Source: Mytilus trossulus
Lineage: Eukaryota
Assembly (NCBI RefSeq): GCF_036588685.1
Contig: NC_086386.1
Coordinates: forward strand, 49,414,001-49,478,000
Length of the DNA: 64,000 nucleotides
Direction: 5' to 3'
Made by a program: the position numbers and the translations under genes. Shown here in pieces: positions 1 through 13,550 of the stretch. Every line of letters begins with the position of its first letter. Position 1 is the first letter of the stretch. The notes under the pieces were generated by a model. That model saw only the letters and a program-made list of their open reading frames with translations. It ran no database searches and had not been told where the DNA came from.

Positions 1-190
1 AAAGTCCATAATCACATGGCAAAATCAAAACACAAAACGCATCAAAAACGAATGAACAAGAACTGTCATATTCCTGACTTGGTACAGGCATTTTCAAATG
101 TAGAAAATGGTGGATTAAACCTAGCGCTAACCCTCTCACTTTAATAACAGTCTCATCAAATTCCGCTTCATTTACATGATGCGTTAAATA
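1..190 (-). repeat. Interspersed repeat; related copies in opposite orientation at about 8390-8560 and 54490-54660
   Basis: Shared ccaccattttctacatttgaaaatgcctgtac..agtcag motif. Confidence 0.7.
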
Positions 191-1455
191 ATACCTTTAA
201 AAAATATATAGATTCGGGTGTATTGCTGCCAACAAAATGTTTTGTATTTAAAAAGAAGATCTGTTCATATAGTTGTTAGTGCTTTCAATTGTTGATGTTT
301 TGTTATCGTAAATAAAAGATTATTTAGACAAAGTAAGACTTAGTGCTCGACAAAAATCGTTTGGATATTTGTCAATTTGTTAGAGCGTGTGTTGTTGTGT
401 TTTTGTTTCACATGAGCATATAGTTTGTTTCTTGCTACGCTATTGGTCCGCCAACACAGTCAATGTGCATTACTATGAAACAATAAAGGCGAATTCAAAA
501 ATGGTTATAGTTATTTCACATAACTTAATGTCAGCAAGATCCGTAGAAAAGTATATTACGCATACAATTTATAGACGTGTGAGAGAATTAGGTAGATAAG
601 TGTATGGTGGCAAGTTTGAATAACCCGGAAGTTATTAGATTAATATGTGTATGTTCGTTTTAATGCAGACGTTTAAAACATTGAAGTGAAATGTGCATAT
701 TTATATTTTACAAATGAAATTTGGTTAAAATATATTTCTATTACAAAACTTTTTCTACCCATTATACACACAGACAAACAAAACAAAAACATTTTAACTC
801 TCTGTTTACATTTATTTGATATAACACATGTGTATTTTGACTTTTTCAAAAATGAGTCAGTTTACTTGAATAATAAGACACTTTTTTCGCTTAATACAAT
901 GCCAAAAACCTTTTGAATTTGTGTCTGCAATAAATATATGTAAAAATTATTATAATCTTTACTATGATAATATAACATGTTATAGTGTGTGTAACAAAAA
1001 TTATCGTACCTTTGGTTAAGGATTCAGTGCAAATATGATGTATACCGGAAATGAGTGTTTTAAATGACTGCGAATGTACTTTAAATAACTTTCTCAAATG
1101 TAACCAGGTCACTTAAATCTATAGATAAAAGTAGTAAGTACGTGACCACACTACAGTAATATTGAAATAAGTAATAGTTGGAGTAACGTTATATATGAAA
1201 AGTACATTTTGATATTTTTCTTTACTTTATATGTAATTTTTAATATGTTTACCCAATTCTTTATGATTGAATAAAATTTCAATTAAAGGCTTGATTTGGT
1301 GCTAAATTAAAAAAAATATATATTAAAACTTTCAAAGCGCTTCACCATGAATTTAACACCCAAATCTATCATTTTCAAATCCAAGAGTGAATAATGACCA
1401 AACGAAAAGCCATTTATCTTAATAAATTCATCATCTAGACCAGGCTTAAAATTAT

Positions 1456-1497
1456 GGTAGACGTGCGTTTCGTCTACAAAAGACTCACCAATGACGT
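1456..1497 (-). ncRNA. Degenerate type I hammerhead ribozyme motif (Penelope/retrozyme type)
   Basis: Minus strand: cgtca TTGGTGA gtct-tttgt-agac GAAAC gcac GTC. The core box has two changes from CTGATGA, and stem I is poorly paired. Confidence 0.5.
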
Positions 1498-3740
1498 CAT
1501 AAAAACCCAATTAGAGTAATATTTCATTTTCAATAATAATGATTTTTTTTACAGCTATAAGGTTACTTCTGTACCAGACATCAACTAACTCAATCAAAAG
1601 TGACATTTGTGAGTTCTAGATAAAAATAAAAGTTGATAAATATATTATTAAACAGTAACTTAATAAAAAAAAGAGTTATGAACTACATTCAGGCATACTC
1701 AGAAGGTCTATACTACGATAGTCAATGATAAATAAAAAAAATCTATCAATTTACGTTCATTTTAGTGTTATTCAGTTGAAAATACATTGGAACTAAGATT
1801 CAAACAAAGTTTAAGGATACCATTTATATATATATGTAATATGTTGGCATTTGTTTTTGTTTCAGTTCAGTGTTTCTGTTGTTCCATTGATTTCCTATTA
1901 TAGTTCATATGTTTCTTTCAGTTTAGTTTGTAACTTGGATTTGTTTTCGCTTAATCGCCTTATGACTATTGAAAGCGCTATACTACTGTTGCCTTTATTA
2001 ATCGAAAAAGTGTTAGAAAGTATGTAATACATTAACATTACGCTTTATAAATTTCATGAGTTTAGATTGCTTTTATAGGTTTACAATCATCAGCAACTCT
2101 CAAACATAAACTATTTTAAATACGTAGAATTGTACCTTATGAGTATTATTATCAAAGGGGTCCACAGAGAAAAGACAAACTTCTTATAAGATCACATTTG
2201 TCGGGTGAAGTTTGACCTGAGTTTTTCAGATAAATCTTAATTCATTAACTGGTTCTCAATAAGGTCAGTATCGAATCAGGTTAAACGGACGAGGAAGATA
2301 CCAATATCAAAATTAAAAACTAATAAGTCGAAAATCGAGATCCGTATATCAACGTTGCCTGATTGAATAGAAACTTTTGTTCTTAAACAAAAAGTATTTA
2401 TCATATAGGTATTTTAGAATAGTCAATACCAAATCACTGACTACAGAGCTGAAAATAATTGAAAACTTATAGTCTATCAGCAGTCTATTGAACCATTACT
2501 AGTAAATTTAAATAAAAAATGGACAACAAACTGAACAATATTAAATTTGTGATTTTAAATGTAAAAATAAATATACATTTAAGGAAAAATGATCACTGCT
2601 ATCAAAGTATTTTCATCAACAGCTGTAGCATCCATACAAATGAATTTATGTTTATCTATTGGTTCAGAATGTGTATTTTCCAATTTTTCAATATGCTATT
2701 ACATGTTTCCAATTATGGCAAAAACTAAAGGGAATACAGATGTTTTGGTTATTGCATTTAAAATTCTTTATGAATCAATATCACAATTGCATGGTCATAC
2801 TAAACTAATGACTTTATATGTTTTTGTAGTTTTGTTTTTTATTGCATGACATTGACAGTTTTCCCCTCAAATATGAGTTTTAAACGTTCCAACGGTATAA
2901 TCTGCATGTGCTTAACCTGCATTTTGTACTATGTTGGTGATTATTCATTCTGGTCGACAACGATAACGCAGACATGTAGGAAAACTAGTTTACGGGAAAG
3001 AAATTCTTAGTTCCTAGACTAGAGGAACATGAACCTTTTGATTATGTTTTGAATAATATCTATTCTTGAAATTTTGCTCTGTTCATTTCATCTTCTACCT
3101 TTTATTGAAGTTAATTGGTCTTCAAACATATTCGGGTAACTGAATTCCACGAAATTAGGTTTTATTTTATAAGAATAATGATGACTTTCTGACCAATTTT
3201 TTAAACTATAACTAAAAATATCACTTCTGATTGATTGTCAATTGATAGCATATGGCAATTCTCCAATGTATTTAAAAAGAGATAAATGTGCATTTATACT
3301 GTTTTCTGCGTTTTAGGTGAAACCTCTTGAAATGATAGGCATCTAACCATTTTACAATTTACGATTAACTGGTGTGGTAAGGATTAACTCGATACAAATA
3401 CATTTGGGAGAAAAAAACAGGATACATCGGATATCTTAGAATTGAAAGACAATGATAATTATTTCTTAGTTTTATACATCCACATGAATCCCATACACGT
3501 ATCACGATGGAGTTAAAATAAAGAATTATTTCCCAAGTGGACAAGTTCAAACGCAAGTGATAAGTGTGGAATTAAAAAACATGTGTCCAAAAATGATTTT
3601 TTACACTTTTTTATTTTCTAATAACATCAAATCATATATTACGTACCATAATAACAAGTGTATGGTTGGACGGGATGTATAAATTCGCTGTGATGTCCGG
3701 TCTCAATAGTTATCAAAGGTACCAGGATTATATTTCTAAT

Positions 3741-3786
3741 ACGCCAGACGCGCGTTTCGTCCACATAAGACTCATTAGTGACGCTC
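3741..3786 (-). ncRNA. Degenerate type I hammerhead ribozyme motif
   Basis: Minus strand: gcgtca CTAATGA gtct-tatgt-ggac GAAAC gcgc GTC tggcgt. Stems I and II pair; single core change (G5A). Confidence 0.65.
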
Positions 3787-4890
3787 AGATCAAGACAGTT
3801 ATAAAGTCAAACAAGTTCAAAGTTGGCGAGCATTGAGAGGCAAAATCTAAAAAGTTGTGCCAAATTCGGCTATGGTAATCTATTCCTGGGACAAAGTGGA
3901 CGTTAAATACTTTGAACTATGTAGACATATGTTCTTATGCAGAGAGTATCACACTCTCTGTACGTTAGAAACACTTTCATTGGTTCAAAGGGGATCTCTA
4001 GTAAATCTTTACTGTCCCTTACAAAAATACAATATTTTTTCAGTGGCAATCAATCATCCGATAATCATCCCGGCCAACTGTGTGTATCGATAAAAACAAA
4101 ATCTTGATCTGAACATGCGTGAAATAATAACCACTAAATAGAAAATTCTTTCAATCCAGATAAAACTAGATACAACCAGATAAAAAACAAATATGACGTC
4201 ACTTAATTTTCTAAGATTAAGGGGGATAATTGCACAATAGGTATAATTTATTACATCTAGGCATGCGTCGCAATCGCATAAAGATATCGCATATTAAGGT
4301 AGAGTACATTAAGAACATATTCGTGATATTAATAATCGCATCAACTTTATCTAAAAAAAATTCTAAATATGAAAATTACCTCAAAGGATTAGTGTGAATG
4401 AATACAAATGATACAAAGCACGCAAAAGCGCCAATATAAATAAAGAAAATATAAGCATATGTTAACAAGTAATAAGTACACAGTGGCTGCATTGGAGATT
4501 ACCTGCATTGTTGTAAGTATTTTTTTCTTAATTACTACTTATTTCTTATATTACCTTTATCTGTTTATTACTAGAATTAGATTCAAATGAGTTGAATTAT
4601 TAACTTGCAAGCAAATAATACACCAGTGATTCTTTTTTGAGATTTTTGTGACGAAATGAACCCAAACAGACAGCGAGAGGCGAAAAAAAGTTTCTACATT
4701 CAACTTTAATGAATGTTTGAAATAAAAATAAAATATTTTGTTTTCCCTATTGATGTAAGACTGTTGTATCAACAATTCTGGTAGGTCAGTCTTTATTAAT
4801 TAGAAATGAATACGTTAGTTTTATGTCAATGTTTTGCACACATTTCTTTGTATTGGAGCAGCTTTGGCCATGCAATTTTTTGTATTCGAT

Positions 4891-4931
4891 CGTCACTGAT
4901 GAGTCTTTTGTAGACAAAACGCGCGTCTGGC
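4891..4931 (+). ncRNA. Degenerate type I hammerhead ribozyme motif
   Basis: cgtca CTGATGA gtct-tttgt-agac AAAAC gcgc GTC tggc. Single core change (G12A). Confidence 0.65.
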
Positions 4932-5583
4932 TTAAATAGAAAATTTAGTTCCGATATCTATGATGAGTATATTTTTATCATCCATCCTGTTTCAACGCGA
5001 AAACCTACGGCCTGATTTAAGCTCAAACAAAAACAAAACATATTTGACTGACAGTAAATTACGACAATCACTGACTTACCGGCTCCTTATTTGGGATAGA
5101 CGTATACAGAATCTAGTGGGGCTAGACAATTTTGTGAGCTCTTACTGTTATCCTTACCTGGTTTACAAGAGTGTTATAAGAATAATTGTGTTAAATTCAG
5201 TCCCGAATAGCTTGCATAATCAGATCCTGCCCAATACACAACCATTAAAAAAGACAAAAGCCAAAAAGCACTAATCATAGATTACTCATACAGATACTGA
5301 TAGCTTGTTCAAAGCTGATAACAATTGGTAAATAAATATTTTTTTCTAAGATTTAACGAAAGTGGCTACGAAGACGAAGCAAATAAATTAAACATATATG
5401 AAAGCCATTAGAGGACTAAGCAAAATTGCTATTTTCCTTTTTCATAAGAATTACTACGTCAATTATTGTCAAAATCGAAATTATAGTAAAACTTGCAGAT
5501 TATATTAGGCATTAGCAATACACTTAATTAGACAGGGATCCTTATTTCGATCAATAACAAGTTTTTAATTGAAAGTTTTAATT

Positions 5584-5853
5584 CAGGAGCCTGTAATTCA
5601 GTGGTTGTTGTTTGTTTATGTGTTACATATTTGTTTTTCGTTCATTTTTTTACATAAATAAGGCCGTTAGTTTTCTCGTTTGAATTGTTTTACATTGTCT
5701 TATCGGGGCCTTTTATAGCTGATTATATGCGGTATGGGCTTTGCTCATTGTTGAAGGTCGTACGGTGACCTATAATTGTTAATGTTTGTGTTATTTTGGT
5801 CTTTTGTGGATAGTTGTCTCATTGGCAATCATATCACATCTTCTTTTTTTATA
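5584..5853 (+). repeat. Abundant interspersed repeat family; other copies at about 14455-14670, 35370-35485 and 51160-51310, inverted at about 10480-10760, 56005-56290 and 58460-58650
   Basis: Shared core gggccttttatagctgactatgcggtatggg...gttgtctcattggcaatcataccacatcttctt is seen repeatedly in both orientations. Confidence 0.85.
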
Positions 5854-8800
5854 TTTTAATTGAAACGCAGATATATCTTTCATATCAACGAATGTATCAA
5901 ACACATATGTTCACATCTTATCCGGCTTTAATTATTGTGGGATATTATCTCATTTGAATAATCCGCTGTTTCCTTATATCTTTTATCACTGTCCAACCAA
6001 ATACAAAGTAATTCAAATAGAAAAGTTTAAGGCGGAGAATTGTGTAAGAAAGAAAATTGGTGGTATCTTACATGCGACTTCATGATACATAAAGAGGTTG
6101 ATATCAAAGAAGTGGTATATTGTGGATTGTTTTTTTAATAATTGATATGAATGCATTAGTATCATGCGTATAATGTCTTTGCACATGAACAATGTATCTT
6201 TGGATTAAATCATAAAGAGGTGGTTGGTTGTTTATTATCTGGTATCATCCTTGGTTGCAGCTAAAGCTATGTGCATTACAGTAAGTGATTGAAATAAATT
6301 ACAACTGCTTTATGGTATTGGATTGTGAGAGGTTCTTTTATTATTAGTATTTATTTAATGGGCAAACATTCATTTGAAAAAAGGCAAAAGATACCAAATG
6401 TTCAAACCTATAAGTCGAAAACAAACTGGCAATGCCAATACGATTTTTAAAACTTATTACACATAAGGATCAAGAGGATGAACAAAAGCATTTGGCACCA
6501 CACAAAACCTACCACAAGAGATAAAAGGGTAACGATACTTATTATTCTGTAGCTGATGCGCATTTCTAAAAATGATTTCTCCGATAAAACAAAAGAAAGA
6601 CCTAGATTATGGCAAAATCAGACAACGAAATCCGATTAGCAAACGACCCTTAAAAACTATACACACATAAACAAAGGCAAACCACATAGACGGACCACAT
6701 AGTTCCAAGATAACCGGACTTAGAACTGTGAATCTGGCCTACGAATAAATAAAGACATCAGTAGTAAACAACTGTTAAATAGTCATAATTCGATTAGGCA
6801 AAAACATATCCGGATAAAACACCAAAAACCGAGGAAACTCATTTTTTAACACATTTAAACGTTTAATTCCCGTATACAATTACCTTAGTCGTCCAGGTAA
6901 CAGACTAGGGGTCTCTTTTTACAAAATTAACCATATATCCAGGGGCAATAGAAGGCTAATAAAGTAGTCCACTTAATACCTTGGATTTACTATTAGTTAC
7001 AAGAATAAATCCACTTAATGTTAGAAGCGTCTGAGGGAAACACATTGACTGTCTGAGGAACTCAATGGAACAACAAAAACACCGAACTACAACACAAGCC
7101 AACGCCAACATAATAGAAATATACTGTGGATGACAACTGTAATGTTTTTAATAAGGAAACCTCCCGAATAAGGAGATGCATAGTCACAATAATCTACATA
7201 ATAATTTGTAACTTTATCGTTTGTCTATGGGGAACAAAAAAATATTTATTGATATCAGTCATCAAAGACTGCTCAAATATAAAGGATGTGAAGATTATAC
7301 TGTGGTATGCCAAGTACGCTTTCGTTTATAAACCATATGTGAAATATATTGAAACAATATAAAAACTAGATAGGGATTAGCCAGGAATTAGACCAAAGAA
7401 TTGCATCTTGATATGACTTTCATACATTCATCATGTCCTTAATGAGCAAAATGATTATGGATAAAGGTGTCCAATTTATAGAAATCATATATCTTATTAA
7501 ATTTTAAGATTGTAAAACACGCAAAATATCAATTTTACTTCTTGTGATATTACATTATATTGCAATTATTACAAGATATGGTAATTAAGCATATCAATCA
7601 TGTAGTTGGAAATCTATTTATGGAATTAAAATATCTTAAAACACTTGAAAGCTCAAATCAAAAGTATAATATCTATAGTTTCAAACAAAAAGGGATAGTG
7701 CTAAGGCATATATGTATAGGATCTCCTTGGTTTTTTTAGAACAAGAATCATTGTGTTTTAGAAGAAAACGTGAGTTTTATTGTATATGAATTTTGTGTAA
7801 CATTTTATTGTGAATTTATACTATTTCGCAATTTCAGTCTTTAAGGGCAATCGCTTGTTTATAAACACATGATGTTTGTTTTTATGTTTTGTGTAGCTTC
7901 GGAAGCCAGTACATAGTTGAAACTTTTATTGTATTTTGGTTCTGCTTGTAAAGAGGTAGCTGAAAGTTTATTAATATAGGACGATGTGATATGAGTGCCA
8001 ATAAGACAACTCTACCATCCAAGTCATATTTTGTAAAAGTAAACCATTTGTTTGTTAAAACCGTTCAATCGCGTAGTGGAATTAACTATTTGTGAATTCT
8101 TATAAATTCTATATAACTTTTGGGCTATTTTAAATCTCGGTCTATTTCTGAAATTTATTCTTACATACTTTTGATTTTTTAACCCTGTATGCTAACATTT
8201 TAAAATTGTTTATATGTACATTAAACGGCAATTATATGTGACGTATAAATTTTCTGACGTCAGACACGCGAATCAATGAATGTGTTTGTAGATAGATGTT
8301 TTTGTGTTCTGTTAAATTGTTACTTTTAAAATTGTTACACTATGATGACTGCTGTGCCAATATTTTGACTATTTTATTTATTGTGTCTGTCTAGTTAACA
8401 CATCGTTGTAAATATAACGGAATTTGATAAAACTGTCATCAAAGTGAAAGTGTTAGCGCTATAAAACCAGGTTTGATCCACCATTTTCTACATTTGAAAA
8501 TGCCTGTACTAAGTCAGAAATTTGACAGTTTTTGTCCATTCGTTATTTATGTGTTTTGTTCTGTAACAAACAGCCTTAGATAGTCTTGTATCTTTTTTTC
8601 AATTTTAGTAGGGTGAGGTATATGACGTCCAGTCTAGCTGAATTAATACATATTTTTGTTAAGGAGCTTCTGCAACCCGCCTCTGGGTGCGGGATTTTTT
8701 TGTTATGTTGAAGACCCATTGTTTGTCTTTGGGTGTATTTTTTCGTCTTTTGTCGGGTTGTTCATTTTGAAAATTTTCAATTCTAATTTTTATAATAACA

Positions 8801-9144
8801 ACAACAAAAAATTCTAGATAATAAAAAGTATAAATGTATCTGCCTATTTTTAAACATATTAAAAGAATCGTCTTATGCTTATCGATCATATAAATGTTGT
8901 TGGCAAAGGAATTCTAGATTTGTGTATGACTTTCATACATAAATCATTACGGATTTCAAAGATTATTTAGGTATGGGTCAAGTTGATCTCATTTCCAATG
9001 TTTATATGTCTTTGACATGCCGAAGATCCATTCGATGTCGGTCGTTATGAAAATATGAGTTTAATCAATGTGAGATGATTGATTATGTAAAAGATCAGTA
9101 CATCAAGCAAGCATTTCTTACCGTAGAATACGAACGCCAAGGCT

Positions 9145-9580
9145 GTCTTCTGATGTTCATTTTCAATATGTTCGGTGCTTAAAGAATCATATTATGTTCA
9201 GCAGTTTTGATATTATGTTCAGCAGTTTTGATATTATGTTCAGACGTTTTGATATTATGTTCCGTGCATTATTATATGCAGTGGAATAATGTTCGGTACT
9301 TCTGAGGTTAAATTCAGTGCATGTTTCATTATGTTCAGTAGATTCAATATTATTTGCAGTACATTAGGTATTAATTACCTTACGTGGTCCCGGTTTTCTT
9401 ATATTCGGCCAATTATTCATTAATGAATAATCCACCGACTATAAAGAAACTGGGACCACGGAAGGTAATACATAATGTACTGCAAATATATAAATATTGA
9501 ATCAGAAAATAATATAAATATAATACTCAACATAATGCATGAAGCACCGAATAATATTAAATAATCACCACCAGAAGACA
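9145..9580. mobile_element. Degenerate palindromic (foldback) element
   Basis: The centre ttattcattaatgaataa is flanked by attaccttacgtggtccc / gggaccacggaaggtaat and atttgcagtacatta / taatgtactgcaaat, with outer ttcggtgctt / aagcaccgaa and tgtcttctg / cagaagaca. Short 21-bp tandem units lie in the left arm. Confidence 0.65.
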
Positions 9581-9838
9581 AAAGAAGCTATAATATCAGG
9601 CAGAACTGTTTATACTGATTTAGTGCAAAATGAAAACCTAATTTAAAAAAAAACAACATTTTTTTATTTAAAGTGTAAACAAATTATATTTTAAATAGAT
9701 AACCTATCCGGAGCACCTAGCTAATTTCTAATTTTTGTTATGTTTGTGTAGCTCAGGCTTAATTTTCTATGGAGTGTTTTGAGACTGTGTTTATCATTTC
9801 ATCATTCTTCTTTTTCTGCGTTGACACTGACAGTTTTT

Positions 9839-10261
9839 TTTTATTTATTGATTGTTGGTTGCCTAACGTCCAGTGGCAAATATTTCATGCATATTCAGGA
9901 CGAGAACAAGTTCACAATAAATACAATAGGTAGGTTGATACAATAGAGGCCATCTGGGATGATGGTCGGAGAAATTTGGACTGCCACTAGAAAAAAAGGG
10001 TATATTGGATAGGGACAGAAATTTTGCCTTGCAACAGGCCACCTACGGACCCCTCAAAGAGTTGTTGCAAGGGTTCTGAACGTGCAAAGAGCGTGGCAAT
10101 CTCTTTACACGAGGCATCGGATTTAACGTCCCCCTTCTGACCGGACGTGACTGCGAACTTGATACATCCCGCACAGCCAAACGGACGCCCCACTTCAGCA
10201 AGCGTTTTACTGCCGGTCGGGAGAAGACCAAGTGACCATATTTCTCTTCCCCAGTCACCCT
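9839..10261 (-). mobile_element. SINE-like retroposon, probably 5'-truncated
   Basis: GC-richer block with a simple-repeat 3' tail (caaccaacaatcaataaataaa on the minus strand) and an 11-bp TSD tgacagttttt at 9828 and 10262. Confidence 0.65.
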
Positions 10262-11614
10262 TGACAGTTTTTCTTCCACTCATTAAGACTAGGTATCTTC
10301 TGTCTCTTATTATTGATGAAATTTTTTTTTAAAAACCTGTGATATACTGTTCCCCAATGATGCCCACGCTATCAAAATTCGATTGTCTTTGAGGTTTCTT
10401 CATATGATTTGTGTACATCTGCCACTACGAGCCAGTAAATCAATACAATTTTATAAAAACAAAATATATGAAAATAAGAAAATGTGGTATAGTTGCCAAT
10501 GAGACAACTCTCCACAGGAAACGAAAAGACACAGAAATTAAGAACTACAGATCATCGTACGGCCTTAAACAATAAGCATAGCCCATATCGCATAGACAGC
10601 TATTAAAGGCTTCAAAATTACTAATGTTAACCAATTCAAACGAGAAAAATATCGGTCAAAATTATGAACAACATAATGAACTAAATATAAATATATTACA
10701 CAGCAATAAACGATAACCACTGAATTAAAGGCATTTGTCTTGGAACCAGCACATGCAGACTAAAGAATGAAGCGGGGTAAAACTTATTTTAAGACAGTCC
10801 CCCCCCCCCCCACACGCCCTTTCTCCTTTTCGCCTCACTTTGGACAGTGGCGTAACAGTACAACATAAACTCAAACTACAAAAATCGTCAGATGTACACA
10901 AATAGAAGTACATCTTACAAAAACACAGAGTGGACGAGGACGGTAACATATATATGAAATTAAGAATGGAAATGGGAAATTTGTCAAAGAGACAACAACC
11001 CGACCAAAGAGTAAAAACAGTCGAATGCTTTTAGAGTTTTTAATATTACCCCCTTATTACCTTTCGGACAATGATATTAAGATACGTAATGACCTTGGTG
11101 TATATAACATTACGCATTCGTTGGAGCACTACCCATTCCCACCCCTTAAGGTATCGACTACCTTGGACTCAGGTAAAACGTTTTGGAAATTTCGGTTTTT
11201 AATGATCTTCAATTTCGTATTTTTAAAATTAGACCTCCTAATTGAATTGATTCGAGCATTATAGCGTAATAAATTATTAGCCTGGTATCTTAAGTGAGAT
11301 TTTTCGTGAATGAAAAACAAAATATGTTAGGTGCGGAGACAATTTTCACAAAATATATATCTTTATGAAAGTCTAGTCCACTAGAAGTAATACCGACAAA
11401 GAAGTGAGCAAAAAAAGCAAGTGGCATATCCTTTCTTTGAAATCCATAAATTTCGCTAAAGGTTTTGTTTGTCTGAAATACAAAATCAAATTAAGGTAAA
11501 CCATTATGTTTCCGGTCAAAAGGCAAACTTTTGTAAATGTTATCCAGTTTTTTCAGAAGGATGAATTTCTTATTTATCTCTTTCAGATCTAAAAAAGGCG
11601 AGACGAGATTTATA

Positions 11615-13550
11615 ATGGCTAGTCAATTACTGGATGTGTTCAATTATTCTTTTGAGTCCGAGGAGCATATTGAACACTCATCAAAAGATGATAAAAATGT
11701 GATTGAAGATTCGTCAAAAACCGAAACGAAGTACGAAATTTTTAAAACCGAAGAAAGTGGAAGTCAGATACATAGAAGAACCGAGTCGAAGGATCCAAAG
11801 GAGGAAATTAGTGACGAAAAAGGTTTGCCATCTAGTTTTGGCTTGACTTGTAGAACTTGCATTCTTTCAAACTTTTTATAAAGAGCCAGTGTCTAACCTG
11901 CTTTGATAATGAATCAAAATAGTTTTACTCAATACATTTACTACTATAATCGCGGATCCAAGTTTTAACATATATTATAGAATTAAGTTAGATTAATCAT
12001 AATATATTCGTAATATTTTTCTTGACTACGGATCAAATAATTAAACGTCAATAACAAATCTACTAGTCTCATATCCGAATACCATTCTATTATCATCAAC
12101 GATAATATAAACGCCGGAATAAAGGTAAAGTAGTAAAAAAATAATGTTATGGGATATCTTTCCATGACACAAAATCAGATCTTTCACATCAATATATGCT
12201 TTAAACTAACAAGTTTTCTTAACATCTAACAGTTTTAAAAGTGATATATTATAGGAATTATTTTACTTCCTTTTTCCCTTTCAGATCTTGACATTCTGGA
12301 AGCGGATAACGTTATCGCTCGTCCGTTCCAGAAGGTGTCTATATCTATTGAGTCCGACAAGCAGTTTGAACTTACAGCAAAAGAAGAGAACAATGTTGTT
12401 GCAAAATCCATCGTAGACGAACTGAATTACGATATGGCAAAACTCAAAGAGAGCGACGAGCAAGAAGAGGACAAACCTGATTTTACTGATAGAAGAGAAG
12501 CAACTGGCAGTAGAAAAAGATATCATAGTGGTATTCTTTTAATATTTCTGTTCCTCAAAATTGGTGTCTTACTTTCAGTGATCGCTACGCTCAAAACTGC
12601 TTATCATACAATCAATAAACTATTAAATAAAAAAATCAAATCAAATCCACAGTGTTGAATATATTTCATGTTCACATGAAAGAAGCCAAATTAATCTGTT
12701 TTCTGTATCTTGAATTTTTTTTAAAATCATTTAGTATTTTATTAGAAGAATACAACATAACTTATGTGTTTTCATTACAACTGTATAATTATATTTTTTA
12801 AAGGTATAATTATATCTCCTTTTACTTTCTGTTCTAGAAAACAATGAAGATGGTAATATGATTGCCAATCCGTTACAGAATATGTTCAAACTTGTGTCCG
12901 ATGAGCAATTGAAAAATACCACAAAAGAGGAGAAAACGGTTGTAGCAGAATTTTTGATAGCTGAACTGAATTACAACATGATTAAACTTAAAAAGAGCGA
13001 CAGTCAGAAAGATAAAAGTATTGAATCGGAGAAAAGGAAGGAGGTTTCAGGTGACAGCTCTGATGGCATTATGTCGGTAAAAAGATACTTGGAAGTTAAC
13101 TTTCCTAATAATACACCTGTCCTTGAAAATCATAATAAGAACCCGAGTAATAAAGAAGTGTTTGGTGCCAATGGAGAAAACGATAAAAGGGAACCCACTG
13201 TCGACTACACATGGTTAAAAAGTTCATCGGTGAATGATATTGCAATGTCACAGTTGGAGAATAAGGCACTACAAAAGGTTATCGGTCAGGTTAAACAGGA
13301 GGATTGCAACAAAATATTAGCTCTCTTTAGAAATTCAGTTCAAGACAAGGGCATTCAACAAGCAAATGAACTGCCTTCACTACTGATGGAAAGCGCATTT
13401 CAAGTTCTTGAAAAAAAGAGATCTGAAGATGTATTATTAGTTGATTTGTTACCGACTATAATTAGAAATAACAGTGAAGGATCAAATAGTGCTAAGGATG
13501 ACCATGCAAGTACTTCGGATGATCAACCTACGACAAATGACAAAGACTGA
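11615..13550 (+). CDS. RD3 (retinal degeneration 3)-domain protein, 3 coding exons, about 388 aa
   Basis: Exons 11615-11822, 12285-12530 and 12838-13550 have GT-AG borders, all phase 1, total 1167 nt open. Exon 3 resembles the RD3 fold: VVAEFLIAELNYNM, VDYTWL (RD3 VDYSWL), LENKALQKVIGQVKQEDCNKILALFR, ELPSLLMESAFQVL. An acceptor at 11586 implies an unlocated upstream non-coding exon. Confidence 0.75.

Noticed and set aside
2589-2849. Short ORF or possible decayed exon on either strand
   Set aside because: No convincing motif or splice structure, and the alternative minus-strand frame contains stops.
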